From: Actinomycetota bacterium
GTDB taxonomy: Bacteria; Actinomycetota; UBA4738
Reading direction: 5' to 3'
Assembly: GCA_050692195.1 (NCBI GenBank)
Contig: JBOGVA010000074.1
Location: 8,309-72,308, forward strand
DNA: 64,000 nt
The notes under the pieces are model-generated. The model was not told the DNA's origin and did no database searches. It saw only the letters and a list, made by a program, of their open reading frames with translations. How positions within the stretch are numbered: the first letter of the stretch is position 1; each line of letters opens with the position of its first letter. The translations under genes were made by a program, and so were the position numbers. This document shows positions 19,081 to 29,371 of the stretch, in pieces.

Positions 19081-20724
19081 GTGGCCGACCATCCGGCAGG
19101 CACCATCCTGGTGGGCGCCGTGTACACGGCGGACCCATCTGACAGGTGGGCGGAGTCCGTGGCGGTACGAGACGGCCGTATCGTAGCCGTGGGTTCTCGG
19201 CGAGAGGTCGCGCAGCACGCCGGCCCGGATACGCGGCGTCTGGACCTGTCCACCGGAATGATCCTTCCCGGGTTCCAGGACGCGCACGTGCATCCCGACG
19301 GCGGTGGGCTGGTGAAGTCGCGATGCGAGCTGCACGGGATCTCCGGCCGGGAGGGCTACGAACGGGCCGTCCGCCGCTATGCGGACGACCATCCCGCTGT
19401 CGGGTGGATCCTGGGAGGGGGCTGGTCCCTGCCCGACTTCCCCGGCGGCACGCCGCATCGCTCGGTCCTCGACGCCCTCGTCCCCGACCGGCCAGTCTTC
19501 CTGAAGAATCGCGACGGCCACGGAGCCTGGGTGAACAGCCGTGCGCTGGCGTTGGCAGGCATCACGCCCCAAACGCCGGATCCTTCAGATGGAAGGATCG
19601 AGCGCGATGTGGATGGGACGCCCTCCGGGACGTTGCACGAAGGAGCCATGGGCCTCGTCGCCCAACTGGTCCCCGCGCCTACCCGGGCCGAGTTGGAACG
19701 GGCCTTGCTTCTGGCCCAGGCGTACCTCCATTCCCTTGGGGTTACGGGGTGGCAGGACGCCCACGTGACGGCCGAGACGCTGTCGGCTTACCGGTCTCTG
19801 GCCGAGCGCGGCGACCTCACCGCTCGGGTCGTGGCATCCCTGTGGTGGGAACGGGATCGGGGAGAGGAGCAGGTCGAGAGGCTGCTCGAGCTCAGGGAGC
19901 TCGGAGCGGCGGACTCACTCCAGGCCACGTCGGTGAAGATCATGCAGGACGGCATCGTGGAGAACTTCACGGCGGCGATGATCGATCTCTACCTGGATGG
20001 CTCGAGGAATCCAAGCAACCGGCGAGGCCTCAGCTTCATCGACCCGGAGAAGCTCAAGCGGTACGTCACCCGGCTCGACGCGGAAGGATTCCAGGTCCAC
20101 GTCCACGCGATCGGCGATCGGGCGGTCCGAGAAGCGCTCGATGCCTTCCAGGCCGCTCGAGACGCGAACGGCTTGAGGGATTCTCGCCATCACATCGCCC
20201 ACATCCAGGTGGTTCATCCGGACGACGTGCCGAGGTTCGCCGAGCTCGGAGTCGTGGCCAATGCCCAGCCGCTGTGGGCGTGTCTCGACGACCAGATGCG
20301 AGACCTGACGGTCCCGTTCCTTGGACCCGAGCGAGTGGGATGGCAATACCCGTTCGCCAGCCTCAGGCGGGCCGGCGCGACCCTGGCCTTCGGGAGCGAT
20401 TGGCCGGTCACCACGCCCAACCCGCTGAAGGAGCTCCAGGTCGCCGTCACCCGGATCCCGGAGGACGACCCCGAGCGCGAGCCCTTCCTTCAGGACGAGC
20501 GGCTGGAGCTCGATGCCGCCATCGACGCCTTCACCAGGCGATCGGCGTTCGTGAACCACCTCGACGATCAAGCGGGAACGGTGCAGGTCGGCAAGCTGGC
20601 CGACCTCGTCGTGCTCGACCGCAACCTGTTCGAGATCGATGCCCTCGAGATCGGAGACGCCAAGGTTCTTCTCACGATGGTGGAAGGCGAACCCGTCCAC
20701 GTTGCTCCCGGGGTGGGTTGGTAG
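19081..20724 (+). CDS. metal-dependent amidohydrolase (Amidohydro_3/YtcJ-like)
   Basis: 547 aa; HVHPDGGG metal-binding N-terminus, HVHAIGD, AFGSDWP C-terminal motifs. Confidence 0.85.
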   Translation: MADHPAGTILVGAVYTADPSDRWAESVAVRDGRIVAVGSRREVAQHAGPDTRRLDLSTGMILPGFQDAHVHPDGGGLVKSRCELHGISGREGYERAVRRYADDHPAVGWILGGGWSLPDFPGGTPHRSVLDALVPDRPVFLKNRDGHGAWVNSRALALAGITPQTPDPSDGRIERDVDGTPSGTLHEGAMGLVAQLVPAPTRAELERALLLAQAYLHSLGVTGWQDAHVTAETLSAYRSLAERGDLTARVVASLWWERDRGEEQVERLLELRELGAADSLQATSVKIMQDGIVENFTAAMIDLYLDGSRNPSNRRGLSFIDPEKLKRYVTRLDAEGFQVHVHAIGDRAVREALDAFQAARDANGLRDSRHHIAHIQVVHPDDVPRFAELGVVANAQPLWACLDDQMRDLTVPFLGPERVGWQYPFASLRRAGATLAFGSDWPVTTPNPLKELQVAVTRIPEDDPEREPFLQDERLELDAAIDAFTRRSAFVNHLDDQAGTVQVGKLADLVVLDRNLFEIDALEIGDAKVLLTMVEGEPVHVAPGVGW

Positions 20725-20742
20725 ATCGGAGGAGCCCGGCCG

Positions 20743-21711
20743 CTACTCCTCCGTCGGACGGAGGGCGGGCTCGTCGATGCTCAACTTGCGCTGGTCTGCA
20801 TCGAGCGTCGCGGTCACGCCGAGGGGCAGTGCCGCCAGGTGCTTGCCGTGCCCGAGCGGAAGCTTGTACAGCACCGGCACTCCGAGGGGCTCGAGCCGTT
20901 CTTCCAGGACGTCTTCGATCGATCTGGTACGCGGCCACTCGGGCCGGGTCTCACGCCAGTCGCACTTCTCCAGGTCGCCTACCACCACTCCTCGAACGCG
21001 GTCCAGCTTCCCGGCCTGTGTGAGCTGAAGGAGCATCCCGTCGATGACCCAGGCCGGGCAGTCGTAGTCCTCGAAGAAGAAGATGCAACCCTCGAGGTCG
21101 ATCTCCCAAGGAGTCCCCATGGTCTGCAGGAGCAGCCACAGGCAGCCGCCGGCGAGCGGAGCGGTCACCCTGCCGCCACGGATGGCGCGAGCGTACGGGT
21201 CGTCCGGGTCCCGCGGGACTTCGCCCATGGTGCTTCCCTTCAGCACCGACAGCAGCCGGTTCTTGCTGAACGTGGAGACCTCCTTGTCCCCCACACCGGC
21301 CAGTCCGTTGGAGTAGATCGTCGCAAGGCCCGTGCGCTGGCGGATCGCCACGTGCAGCGCCGTGATGTCCGAGAACCCGCACAGGGCCTTGGGGTTCTCC
21401 GAGATCGCGTCGAAGTCGAGGTGGGGGATGGTCTGCGCCGCCCCAAACCCCCCTTGCAGGCACTGCACGACGTCGACATCGGGGTCCTCGAACATCGCCA
21501 CCACGTCCCGAGCCCGGGCCTTTGGGTCCCCCGCCACGTAGTCGTCCCGTTCGAAGATGCCCTCCGCGAGCTTGACGCGGTATCCTTGCGCCTCCCACCA
21601 CTCCACCCCCCGAAGCACCTCCGAGCGGTTGAAGTACGGGCTGGCAGGGGCAGGGACGCCGATCGTCCCTCCGTCCGGGAGGGGCTTGCCGAGCAGCGTG
21701 GCGGCGTTCAC
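20743..21711 (-). CDS. LD-carboxypeptidase (peptidase S66, LdcA-like)
   Basis: GTIGVPAPASP N-terminal motif, GFSDITALH Ser-nucleophile region; GTG start giving a 4-nt overlap with the upstream gene. Confidence 0.8.
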   Translation of the reverse strand: MNAATLLGKPLPDGGTIGVPAPASPYFNRSEVLRGVEWWEAQGYRVKLAEGIFERDDYVAGDPKARARDVVAMFEDPDVDVVQCLQGGFGAAQTIPHLDFDAISENPKALCGFSDITALHVAIRQRTGLATIYSNGLAGVGDKEVSTFSKNRLLSVLKGSTMGEVPRDPDDPYARAIRGGRVTAPLAGGCLWLLLQTMGTPWEIDLEGCIFFFEDYDCPAWVIDGMLLQLTQAGKLDRVRGVVVGDLEKCDWRETRPEWPRTRSIEDVLEERLEPLGVPVLYKLPLGHGKHLAALPLGVTATLDADQRKLSIDEPALRPTEE

Positions 21712-22526
21712 GGGAGGGTCTCCCGAGGCTCTCTGCGCTGGGGAAGCGGCTTCTCCAGCAGCTCCCTCACGTACCCCACACACTCGGCCACGGCGGCATC
21801 CATGAAGGCCTTGCCCTTCTCCGCCGTGGCCAGGGTGGGGGAACCTTGCACGCCCGTTCGACTGAACGAAGACCACCACGGCATCAGGCGCAGAGGGCCA
21901 TCCGCCCACCACTCCAGGCGCGCGTTCTCCCCCGCAGGGTAGCCGTGCTCATCCACCGCCTTGTCCATGTCCACTGCATCCGGGTCGATGAAGAGGTAGA
22001 TCGACGTCTCCAGCTCGTCGGCGTGGGCCATGCCTCCGAACTCAGACGTGCGGATCTCCTCTACCGCCTTCACCCCTTCCTGGCTCTGGAGATAGAAGGC
22101 GGCCGCCGCCAGGACCTCCGGGTAGTCGATCATCACCAGGCGAGCCGCCATCTCGACGAGGTTCTGGTTCGACCCGTGTCCGTTCAGGTACAGGATCCTC
22201 TTGAAGCCATGGTGAGCGAGCGAGGTCCCCACGTCCTTGCAGTACTTGGCGAACGTGTCCCAACCAATGCTGATGGGGCCGGGAAAGTCCATGTGGTGCG
22301 GGTCGTACCCGTGGGGAATGGTCGGGAGGAGCACGATCTCATCCGGCGCCTCCTCGGCTGCCCGCCTGCAGATCTCCGTGATGATGCGAACGTCCGTATC
22401 GACCGGCAGATGAGGGCCGTGGTCTTCCAGCGTCCCCACCGGAATCAGGGCAACGCGATGCTCACCCGCGGCCCGGCGGACTTCCGGCCACGTGAGTCGC
22501 TCGTACAGGAGCGGCCTCTCCCACAT
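21708..22526 (-). CDS. creatininase-family amidohydrolase
   Basis: 272 aa; LIPVGTLEDHGPHLPVDTD and LNGHGSN motifs characteristic of creatinine amidohydrolase family. Confidence 0.85.
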   Translation of the reverse strand: MWERPLLYERLTWPEVRRAAGEHRVALIPVGTLEDHGPHLPVDTDVRIITEICRRAAEEAPDEIVLLPTIPHGYDPHHMDFPGPISIGWDTFAKYCKDVGTSLAHHGFKRILYLNGHGSNQNLVEMAARLVMIDYPEVLAAAAFYLQSQEGVKAVEEIRTSEFGGMAHADELETSIYLFIDPDAVDMDKAVDEHGYPAGENARLEWWADGPLRLMPWWSSFSRTGVQGSPTLATAEKGKAFMDAAVAECVGYVRELLEKPLPQRREPRETLP

Positions 22527-22559
22527 AGCGTTCCTCCCTCAATTTCAGGTCTGCCCGCG

Positions 22560-23672
22560 TCAGAACAGGCCGATCAGGTCGACCTCCTCATACGGAGTCG
22601 TGCACGGGTTGCCGGGCGCCACCCACATCCGGTGGCCCTCGAGGTCGCTGACCATCGAGAACAGGACGGCCGCCGCCTCCTCACCCTCCTCCTCGTCCGG
22701 ATGCAGGCAGATGGCCTGCGGCTCCCCCTGGTGGTCTCGAAGGATGTCCATGACGTCCTCGGGCGCGGCCGGGTCCCGCTCCTCGATGAGCTCCAGGAGG
22801 CGCTCATAGCGGGCGGCGCTGCCCGGAGAAGGCCGAGGCCCCAGTTCGGCCAGCTCGGGGTCGAGGTAATGGTTCGTGTGCGGTCCCGGTCCCTCCAGGA
22901 CGGACTCGCGCTTCCCGGTGGTTTCCACGATGAACGAGTCGCCTCCCGCGAATGCGAACACGTGGCCGTACCCGCCGGCCCGCCCCGGCAGAGCCGCCCG
23001 GCGCACCGCGTCCAGCCGGTCCGAGGCCTCCAGCGCGTGCCGGGAGACCAGGACTCGGGGGACGCCGACGCCGTTGTCGGAAGCGGTCAACGACTGGATG
23101 CCCTGAGCGCCTCCGTGCTCGTTCATGCCGACGGCCCCCAGGCAGCACACCACCGACGGCGAGGCGATCGCCCCGGCCCCGCTCTTCGGCATCTCGATGA
23201 TCACCGCCACGTTGCCCGCGTCGCCGGCCAGCCAATGCTCGTTGTGACCGAGCAGCGTATAGCCCGGCCCCGATACCGTGAAGGTCGAGCAGCGGGTGGG
23301 TCCGCCGGCCTCCGCCTCCGGAGTCGGCATGTGTCCTTCCTTCCGCTGGAGGAAGGGGAGGGTCCCTTCGACCGGCTCGAGGATTGGCTCCAGCTCCTCG
23401 AAGGCATTCACCGCGAACAGCTCCCAGACCGGGGCCATCGCTCCTTCGGACATCCCCTTGATGGCCGCCATGCACTCGGGCAGATGCGACTCGGTTGCGG
23501 CCAGATATGGAGCCAGCAGATCCTGGAGCTCGCGCGAGGCGACCCCACGCCGCTCGAAGTAGCGCTGGTAGAAGGCCAGGGACCCCTCGATGAGGTCTCC
23601 CAGCATGCGGCCGATCTGCCTGCCGCGTGAGGCCGGATCTCCTTCTGCCCGTATCACCCTCAGCTCATGCAT
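22560..23672 (-). CDS. C45-family (acyl-CoA:6-APA acyltransferase-like) Ntn-hydrolase/acyltransferase
   Basis: 370 aa; CSTFTV putative N-terminal nucleophile Cys after a propeptide; overall AAT/C45 architecture. Confidence 0.75.
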   Translation of the reverse strand: MHELRVIRAEGDPASRGRQIGRMLGDLIEGSLAFYQRYFERRGVASRELQDLLAPYLAATESHLPECMAAIKGMSEGAMAPVWELFAVNAFEELEPILEPVEGTLPFLQRKEGHMPTPEAEAGGPTRCSTFTVSGPGYTLLGHNEHWLAGDAGNVAVIIEMPKSGAGAIASPSVVCCLGAVGMNEHGGAQGIQSLTASDNGVGVPRVLVSRHALEASDRLDAVRRAALPGRAGGYGHVFAFAGGDSFIVETTGKRESVLEGPGPHTNHYLDPELAELGPRPSPGSAARYERLLELIEERDPAAPEDVMDILRDHQGEPQAICLHPDEEEGEEAAAVLFSMVSDLEGHRMWVAPGNPCTTPYEEVDLIGLF

Positions 23673-23819
23673 GGCTGTCCCCAGGCCGGCCGGATCGACT
23701 CGATCCCCTTCTCGGCCAGCTTCCCATTGTTGCCCAGGCAGATCTCCAGAGCCAGCAGGAGCTCTGGTAAGGGACAGGACCCCTCTGGGCCGGGCGCGAC
23801 CCGCTACCCTGGAGTGCTC

Positions 23820-25256
23820 ATGAAGGCGCCGCCGATCTCATCCGCGACGACCATCGGAGAGCTCCGCGCCTCCGGCTACGTGGACCGCACGGTGAAGGAG
23901 GAGCTGCGGGAGAACCTCCTGGCGCGGCTGAGCCGACGAGAGGAGCTCTTTCCCTCCATCGTCGGGTTCGATGATTCCGTACTCCCTGCGCTGGAACGCG
24001 GCATCCTGGCCGGCCACGACGTCATCTTGCTGGGCGAGCGGGGGCAGGCCAAGACCCGGCTGATCCGCCATCTCGTCGATCTCCTGGACGAGTCCATCCC
24101 GGTGATCGCCGGCTGCGAGGTGAACGACCATCCCTTCCGGCCGATCTGCGCGCGTTGCCGCGCCAGGGTGGCCGAAGACGAGGACGCGGTTGACGTCGAG
24201 TGGCTCACTCGGGATCGGCGGTATGCCGAGAAGCTGGCTACGCCGGACATCAGCGTGGCCGACATCATCGGTGACGTCGATCCGATCCGGGTGGCCGAAG
24301 GCAGGTACCTGTCGGACGAGATGACCATCCACTACGGCCTCATCCCCCGGACACATCGGGGCATCGTGGCCATCAACGAGATGCCGGACCTGCCGGAGCG
24401 GATCCAGGTGGCGCTGTTCAACATCCTGGAGGAGCGCGACGTCCAGATCCGTGGGTATCAGATCAGGCTCCCCCTCGACCTGCTTCTGGTGGCGACGGCC
24501 AACCCGGAGGATTACACGCACCGAGGGCGGATCGTCTCCCCTTTGAAAGACCGATTCGGGACTCAGGTTCGCACGCACTATCCGGAGACCCTCGGAGACG
24601 AGATCGCCATCATGGAGCAGGAGGCTCACCCGGCAGCCGGGCGGGGCCAGGTGCCCGTCCGCTTTCCGGCATTCATGAAGGAGGTCGTGGCTGCGCTGAC
24701 CGCGGAGCTGCGGCGTTCTCCGCAGATCAACCAGCGCAGCGGCGTGTCCGTGAGGTACTCGATAGGGAACCTCGAGACCCTGTCGGCGGCGGCGCTGCGA
24801 CGCGCCGCGCGGACCGGCGAGGTCGAGGCCGTGCCGCGGCCGGTGGACCTCCCCGCCGCTCTGGCCGGATCCCTTGGCCGCCTGGAGTTCGACACGGTGG
24901 AGGAAGGAAGGGAGGAGGAGATCCTGGCTCGCGCGGTGAAGAGCGCGACGCTGGAGGTCTTCCGCCGTCGCCTGGCCGGGTTCGACTTCGCCCGGCTTCT
25001 CTCGAGGTTCGAAGGAGGGTTTGTCGCGGAGACGTCGGACCTGATGCCGGCGCACGACTTCCTGGCACAATTCGGCGATCTGCCCGGACTTGCGAAGATG
25101 CTCGGTCGGTTGGGGGTGGAGGAGGAAAGTCCGGGGATCGCGGCGTCTGCCCTCGAGCTGGCCCTGGAGGGGTTGCATCTGTCGCGCCGGCTGAACAGGG
25201 ACAGCGCCGGGCCGTCCGGTCCCTTCCGGTACGAGGGACTCGGGCGCGAAAGCTAG
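23820..25256 (+). CDS. ChlI/BchI-like (Mg-chelatase superfamily) AAA+ ATPase with non-canonical Walker A (GERGQAKT)
   Basis: Architecture parallels BchI: degenerate P-loop, Cys-containing insertion (AGCEVNDHPFRPICARCRAR), sensor/arginine-finger block (RGIVAINEMPDL...LLVATANPE...LKDRFG); start at MKAPPISS. Confidence 0.75.
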   Translation: MKAPPISSATTIGELRASGYVDRTVKEELRENLLARLSRREELFPSIVGFDDSVLPALERGILAGHDVILLGERGQAKTRLIRHLVDLLDESIPVIAGCEVNDHPFRPICARCRARVAEDEDAVDVEWLTRDRRYAEKLATPDISVADIIGDVDPIRVAEGRYLSDEMTIHYGLIPRTHRGIVAINEMPDLPERIQVALFNILEERDVQIRGYQIRLPLDLLLVATANPEDYTHRGRIVSPLKDRFGTQVRTHYPETLGDEIAIMEQEAHPAAGRGQVPVRFPAFMKEVVAALTAELRRSPQINQRSGVSVRYSIGNLETLSAAALRRAARTGEVEAVPRPVDLPAALAGSLGRLEFDTVEEGREEEILARAVKSATLEVFRRRLAGFDFARLLSRFEGGFVAETSDLMPAHDFLAQFGDLPGLAKMLGRLGVEEESPGIAASALELALEGLHLSRRLNRDSAGPSGPFRYEGLGRES

Positions 25257-25269
25257 TCTCTCGTCCGAC

Positions 25270-25641
25270 GTGAACACCATCCATGCCGCCGTCGGCTTCG
25301 CCATCGTGGGCGGTTGGTTCGTCTTCTTCGTGTGGGGGCTCATCGGCTGGCTGGCCAAGCGGGATCCCGGGGCGTGGTATTGGCGCTTCCTAGCCTTCCT
25401 CCAGCTGCTGTTAGCGCTTCAGCTCGCCGCGGGGGTGGTGCTTTTGGCTGCCGGTCGCACCCAGTCCCTTCTTCACTACGCCTATGGTCTGCTGTTCCCC
25501 GTCATCGCCGTAGTCGTGGCCCATGTGCTGGCTCGAGGGATGGAGCAGGGTCGCGACGCGTTGCTCGTGTTCGTGATCGGGTCGTTCGTCGTCTTCGGCC
25601 TCACCTTGCGGGCTCTGGCCACCGGCCTCGGTCTGGGCTGA
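25270..25641 (+). CDS. small integral membrane protein (4 TM), unknown
   Basis: 123 aa; strongly hydrophobic; starts 14 nt after the AAA+ gene stop. Confidence 0.55.
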   Translation: MNTIHAAVGFAIVGGWFVFFVWGLIGWLAKRDPGAWYWRFLAFLQLLLALQLAAGVVLLAAGRTQSLLHYAYGLLFPVIAVVVAHVLARGMEQGRDALLVFVIGSFVVFGLTLRALATGLGLG

Positions 25642-25649
25642 GGCCGCGC

Positions 25650-28600
25650 TCAGCATCCCTCTCGAATCGATCCGGGCTCCACCACCAGGTCGGCAAACGA
25701 GCTGGAGGTCTTGCCGAACTCCCACCATCCCTTCACCCAGGGCTTGACGAAGGCCATGCTCCGTCCGTAGATGAGCGGGATGAGGGCCACGCGGTCAGCC
25801 ACCGCCAGGCGATCGGCTTCGTGGAACAGTTCCAGCCGGCCCCGGTCTTGTCGCTCCTGGCGGGCCCGCTCGATCAGCTCGTCGAACGGCGGGTACGCAA
25901 AGCCTCCCTCGTTCGTCTTGCTGTCGGAGTGAAGCAGGAGGCGGAGGTAGTACTCGGGGTCGGGATAGCCGGGGAGCCATCCCGCCATCACGATGGGCGC
26001 AAGGTCGAACCGTTCGTGAAGGGTCGCCTGCGCCCACGTCCACCAGCGGGTCTCAACTCTCAAGTCCAACACGCGCTCCCAGGACGCAGCGACGGCTGCG
26101 ATCATCGGGCCCATCTCGTCGAGGGCCGCCACTGCGATCTCACCGCCCACGCCGGAGCGGGTCAGGTGCTCTCGCGCTCGCTCAGGATCGAAGCGAGGGG
26201 CGATATCGGGAGTGTGCCCCTGCAGCGCAGGCGGCACGATTCCTCCGGTTGCGACCACCAGGTTCGCCGGGCAGGCCTCGCGGACGGAGTCCCGGTCGAT
26301 CGCATGTGCCAGTGCCCGCCGGAACTCGACGTTCCCGGCCAGGAGGTGGTCGTGATCGAAAGCGAGGTATGCCGTCCAAGCTGCGGGCCCGAGTTTCACA
26401 TGCTCAGGGAGAGAGGCGGTGACATCGGCGCGCAAGGGCGTGTAGCGGACGGTCACGACGTCGAAGGTTCCCTGTTCGAACGGTTCGAGGGCATCCTGCA
26501 ACGCTGAACGGACGAACTCCACCCTGTCCACGTTTCCGGGGCGCACTCCCGTGTACGAGTCCTGGCGGACCAGGACCAGCCGATCCGCGGTGCGTTCGGC
26601 CTGACGGAATGGTCCGCTCACAACCTGCATGTGGGGCTCTATCCACGCGTCTCCGTCACGCTCGATCGCGTGCTGGGGCTGAGGGCCGCCGTCCGGGCGG
26701 TTCATCACGCTCATGAAATACGGAGCCGGGGCCACCAGGCGGAACTCCACGGTTCGGTCGTCCAGGGCTCGCACCCCGATCCGATCCGCGTCGCGGTTCC
26801 GACCAAGGTAATAGTCCTGTCCGTTCTCGAGGACGAAGTAGATGGCCACCGATGAGCCTGGGCTCTCGGGGTCGAGCACTCGCTTGATCCCGAACTCGAC
26901 GTCCCTCGCGGTGAGGGGCTGTCCGTCGGACCACCGAAGCCCTTCACGGAGGTGGAACACGTACCGCAGCCCGTCGTCGGAGATCTCCCACCGCTCGGCC
27001 AGGGACGGGACGATCGTCCGCTCGGGCCACTGCTCGACGAGCCGGTCGAACACCTGCATGCAGAGCTGGATGTTCGGCCAGGCGATGGCCGACTTGGGGT
27101 CCGGGTCGTTGGGCAGGAAGCTCGTAGCCACCCGGAGCGCGGCGGCGGGAGGCTCGGGCCAAGCAGCCGGCGGGATCCATTGCTCGAACGCGCGTTGGTA
27201 GGTCGCGTTCGCCTCCCCGAAGCGCAGGGACGTGTGCAGGGCCAGGGCCAACTTGAACAGCACCAGGGCGATGGCCTGGCGTTCACCCCGCCGCTCCAGC
27301 AGGGGGAGCAGTGCCTGGTAATGCCCGATGGCCTCGTCCAGGGCGTACTCCTGCCTGGCCTTGTCTCCAGCCCGCGTCAGGTAAGCGATGGCCTTGTCCT
27401 CGTCTTCCGCCGAGAGCCAGTGGTGCGCAAGGAGGCCGTACACCTCCTCCTCGCTGCCTGCGTAGCGGCTCTCCAGCCACTCCGCAGCCTTACGGTGGAG
27501 GCGAGTCCGCTTGTCGGTGAGGATCGTCCGGTAGGCGGCTTCCTGGATCAGCACGTGCTTGAAGCGGTATTCCGGCTGGGGCCACCGGCGGGCCTCCCGG
27601 ACCAGGTCGAGGCGCTGCAGCTCGTTGAGCGCGTCCCGCAGCCTGCCGTCCCCGTCGCTCACCCCTTCGAGCAGCGGGAGCCCGAAACGCCGCCCCAGTA
27701 CCGAGGCCGCGGTGAGGACGTCGTGGCACTGCGGAGTGAGACGGTCGATCCGGGCAAGGATCACCTTCTCCACGGTCTGGGGGAGGTCGATCGGAACCTC
27801 GTGGTCGAATCGCCAGTCACCGCCGTCCCTTACCAGGGCTCCGGCGTCCGCGAGCATGCCGACGAGCTCCTCGAGGTAGAACGGGTTTCCCTCAGCGTCC
27901 TCCAGAATGCGCTTCTCCAGCTCATCGGGAAGGGTTCTCTCTCCGACCAGCGCGTGGAGCAGCTCGCGGTCGGCCTGGCCCGAGAGCGCCTCCAGGGCGA
28001 CGTCCCGGGTACGGTGGGCGAAACGACGAGCGGCGGCCTCCTTGACGCCCCAGAACGGGTGATCGCGCTCGGACCGTCCCACGATGACCAGCAGCACGGC
28101 CGCCTCCTCGGTGAGAGGCAGGAGCCGCTCCGTGAGCTGCACGGATGTGGGATCGGCCCAGTGGAGGTCATCGATCGCAATCACTACCGGCCGGTCCATG
28201 GCCAGCCGTTCGAAAAGGCTCCGCACGACCTCGAAGGTCCGATATTGGAGCGCCTCGGGAGAGAGCTCGGCGAGCCGGCTCGAGGCATCGAGCTCGAGGG
28301 ACGATCCCAGCATGGCCCCGAGGTAGGGGTAGATCTCGAGGGCTCGCTCTTCGAACAAGCGCTCGAGGTTTCGCCGAAGAGTGACTCGCACTCGCAGCTC
28401 CGGCTCGTCCACGCCCGCTCCCAGCCAGTCTCGGAGAAGGTCGCGAAACGGCCAGTAGGGAAGCGATTCGCCGTAGGAGACGCACCGTCCCTCTGCCCAC
28501 AGCGGCTCGCGCTCGGAGGCGGAGCGACCGAGAGAGTCTCTAAGCTCGATCAGGAGTCGGGTCTTGCCGATCCCCGCCTCGCCGGTGACGAACAGGATCC

Positions 28601-29315
28601 CACCGGAACCGCCGAGTACCTCCTCCAGCGCCTCCTGGCCCATGGAAAGCTCTCGGTCTCTGCCGATGAGAGGGGCGTGGAGGCTTGCCGGGCCCTTGAG
28701 CCTGGCGGATACGAGTACTGCCCGAGCGACGGGGTACGCCAAGACCGGATCGGCCTTGCCCTTGACGGAGAGCTCGCGGAGCGATTCCCACTCGAACAGC
28801 GAGGCCACCAGGCGATGCGTGTCGGTGCCGACGAGCACGGTGCCCGGCAGGGCCGCCGCCTGGAGCCGGGCTGCTGTGTTGACGGTGTCCCCGAAGGCTC
28901 CGTACTCGATCCGCTGCCCGGTGCCGACCGGGCCGAGCACCACCGGGCCCGTATTCACGCCGACTCGGACCCCGAACCCCTCGATTCGCCAAGCTCGGGC
29001 CACGTCTTCTCCGTACGCCTCGAGCTCCTGGATGATCTTGAGCGCCGCCCTGACGGCACGTTCGGGGTCGTCCTCATGGGTCGCTGGAGCTCCGAAGAGA
29101 GCCAGCACGCCATCCCCGGCCAGGTCCTTGACCGTGCCTCCGAACTCCTCGACTGCCCGGACCATGCGGGCCACGGCCTCGCCCACGATCAGCTTGACCT
29201 CCTCTGGGTCGAGGCGTTCGGCGAGTGCGGTAGAGGCAACCAGATCGGCGAATACGGCCGTGACGACCTTGCGCTCTTCTCGCATACCGACGGGTGGAGA
29301 AGATTCTTCCGGCAT
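25650..29315 (-). CDS. multidomain signalling protein: class III adenylate/guanylate cyclase + STAND/AAA NTPase + TPR-like helical region + C-terminal SBP_bac_5 (oligopeptide-binding-protein-like) domain
   Basis: 1221 aa; N-terminal cyclase motifs (VTAVFADLVAST, DLAGDGVLALFG, GDTVNTAARL), P-loop GEAGIGKTRL, long helical repeats, then about 500 aa with solute-binding family 5 signatures; no signal peptide or HTH. Confidence 0.85.
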   Translation of the reverse strand: MPEESSPPVGMREERKVVTAVFADLVASTALAERLDPEEVKLIVGEAVARMVRAVEEFGGTVKDLAGDGVLALFGAPATHEDDPERAVRAALKIIQELEAYGEDVARAWRIEGFGVRVGVNTGPVVLGPVGTGQRIEYGAFGDTVNTAARLQAAALPGTVLVGTDTHRLVASLFEWESLRELSVKGKADPVLAYPVARAVLVSARLKGPASLHAPLIGRDRELSMGQEALEEVLGGSGGILFVTGEAGIGKTRLLIELRDSLGRSASEREPLWAEGRCVSYGESLPYWPFRDLLRDWLGAGVDEPELRVRVTLRRNLERLFEERALEIYPYLGAMLGSSLELDASSRLAELSPEALQYRTFEVVRSLFERLAMDRPVVIAIDDLHWADPTSVQLTERLLPLTEEAAVLLVIVGRSERDHPFWGVKEAAARRFAHRTRDVALEALSGQADRELLHALVGERTLPDELEKRILEDAEGNPFYLEELVGMLADAGALVRDGGDWRFDHEVPIDLPQTVEKVILARIDRLTPQCHDVLTAASVLGRRFGLPLLEGVSDGDGRLRDALNELQRLDLVREARRWPQPEYRFKHVLIQEAAYRTILTDKRTRLHRKAAEWLESRYAGSEEEVYGLLAHHWLSAEDEDKAIAYLTRAGDKARQEYALDEAIGHYQALLPLLERRGERQAIALVLFKLALALHTSLRFGEANATYQRAFEQWIPPAAWPEPPAAALRVATSFLPNDPDPKSAIAWPNIQLCMQVFDRLVEQWPERTIVPSLAERWEISDDGLRYVFHLREGLRWSDGQPLTARDVEFGIKRVLDPESPGSSVAIYFVLENGQDYYLGRNRDADRIGVRALDDRTVEFRLVAPAPYFMSVMNRPDGGPQPQHAIERDGDAWIEPHMQVVSGPFRQAERTADRLVLVRQDSYTGVRPGNVDRVEFVRSALQDALEPFEQGTFDVVTVRYTPLRADVTASLPEHVKLGPAAWTAYLAFDHDHLLAGNVEFRRALAHAIDRDSVREACPANLVVATGGIVPPALQGHTPDIAPRFDPERAREHLTRSGVGGEIAVAALDEMGPMIAAVAASWERVLDLRVETRWWTWAQATLHERFDLAPIVMAGWLPGYPDPEYYLRLLLHSDSKTNEGGFAYPPFDELIERARQERQDRGRLELFHEADRLAVADRVALIPLIYGRSMAFVKPWVKGWWEFGKTSSSFADLVVEPGSIREGC

Positions 29316-29371
29316 GACAGTTCATATTCTGGCCGGTCTCCGCATGGCCGGGAAGGGCGTACCCTCGAGGC

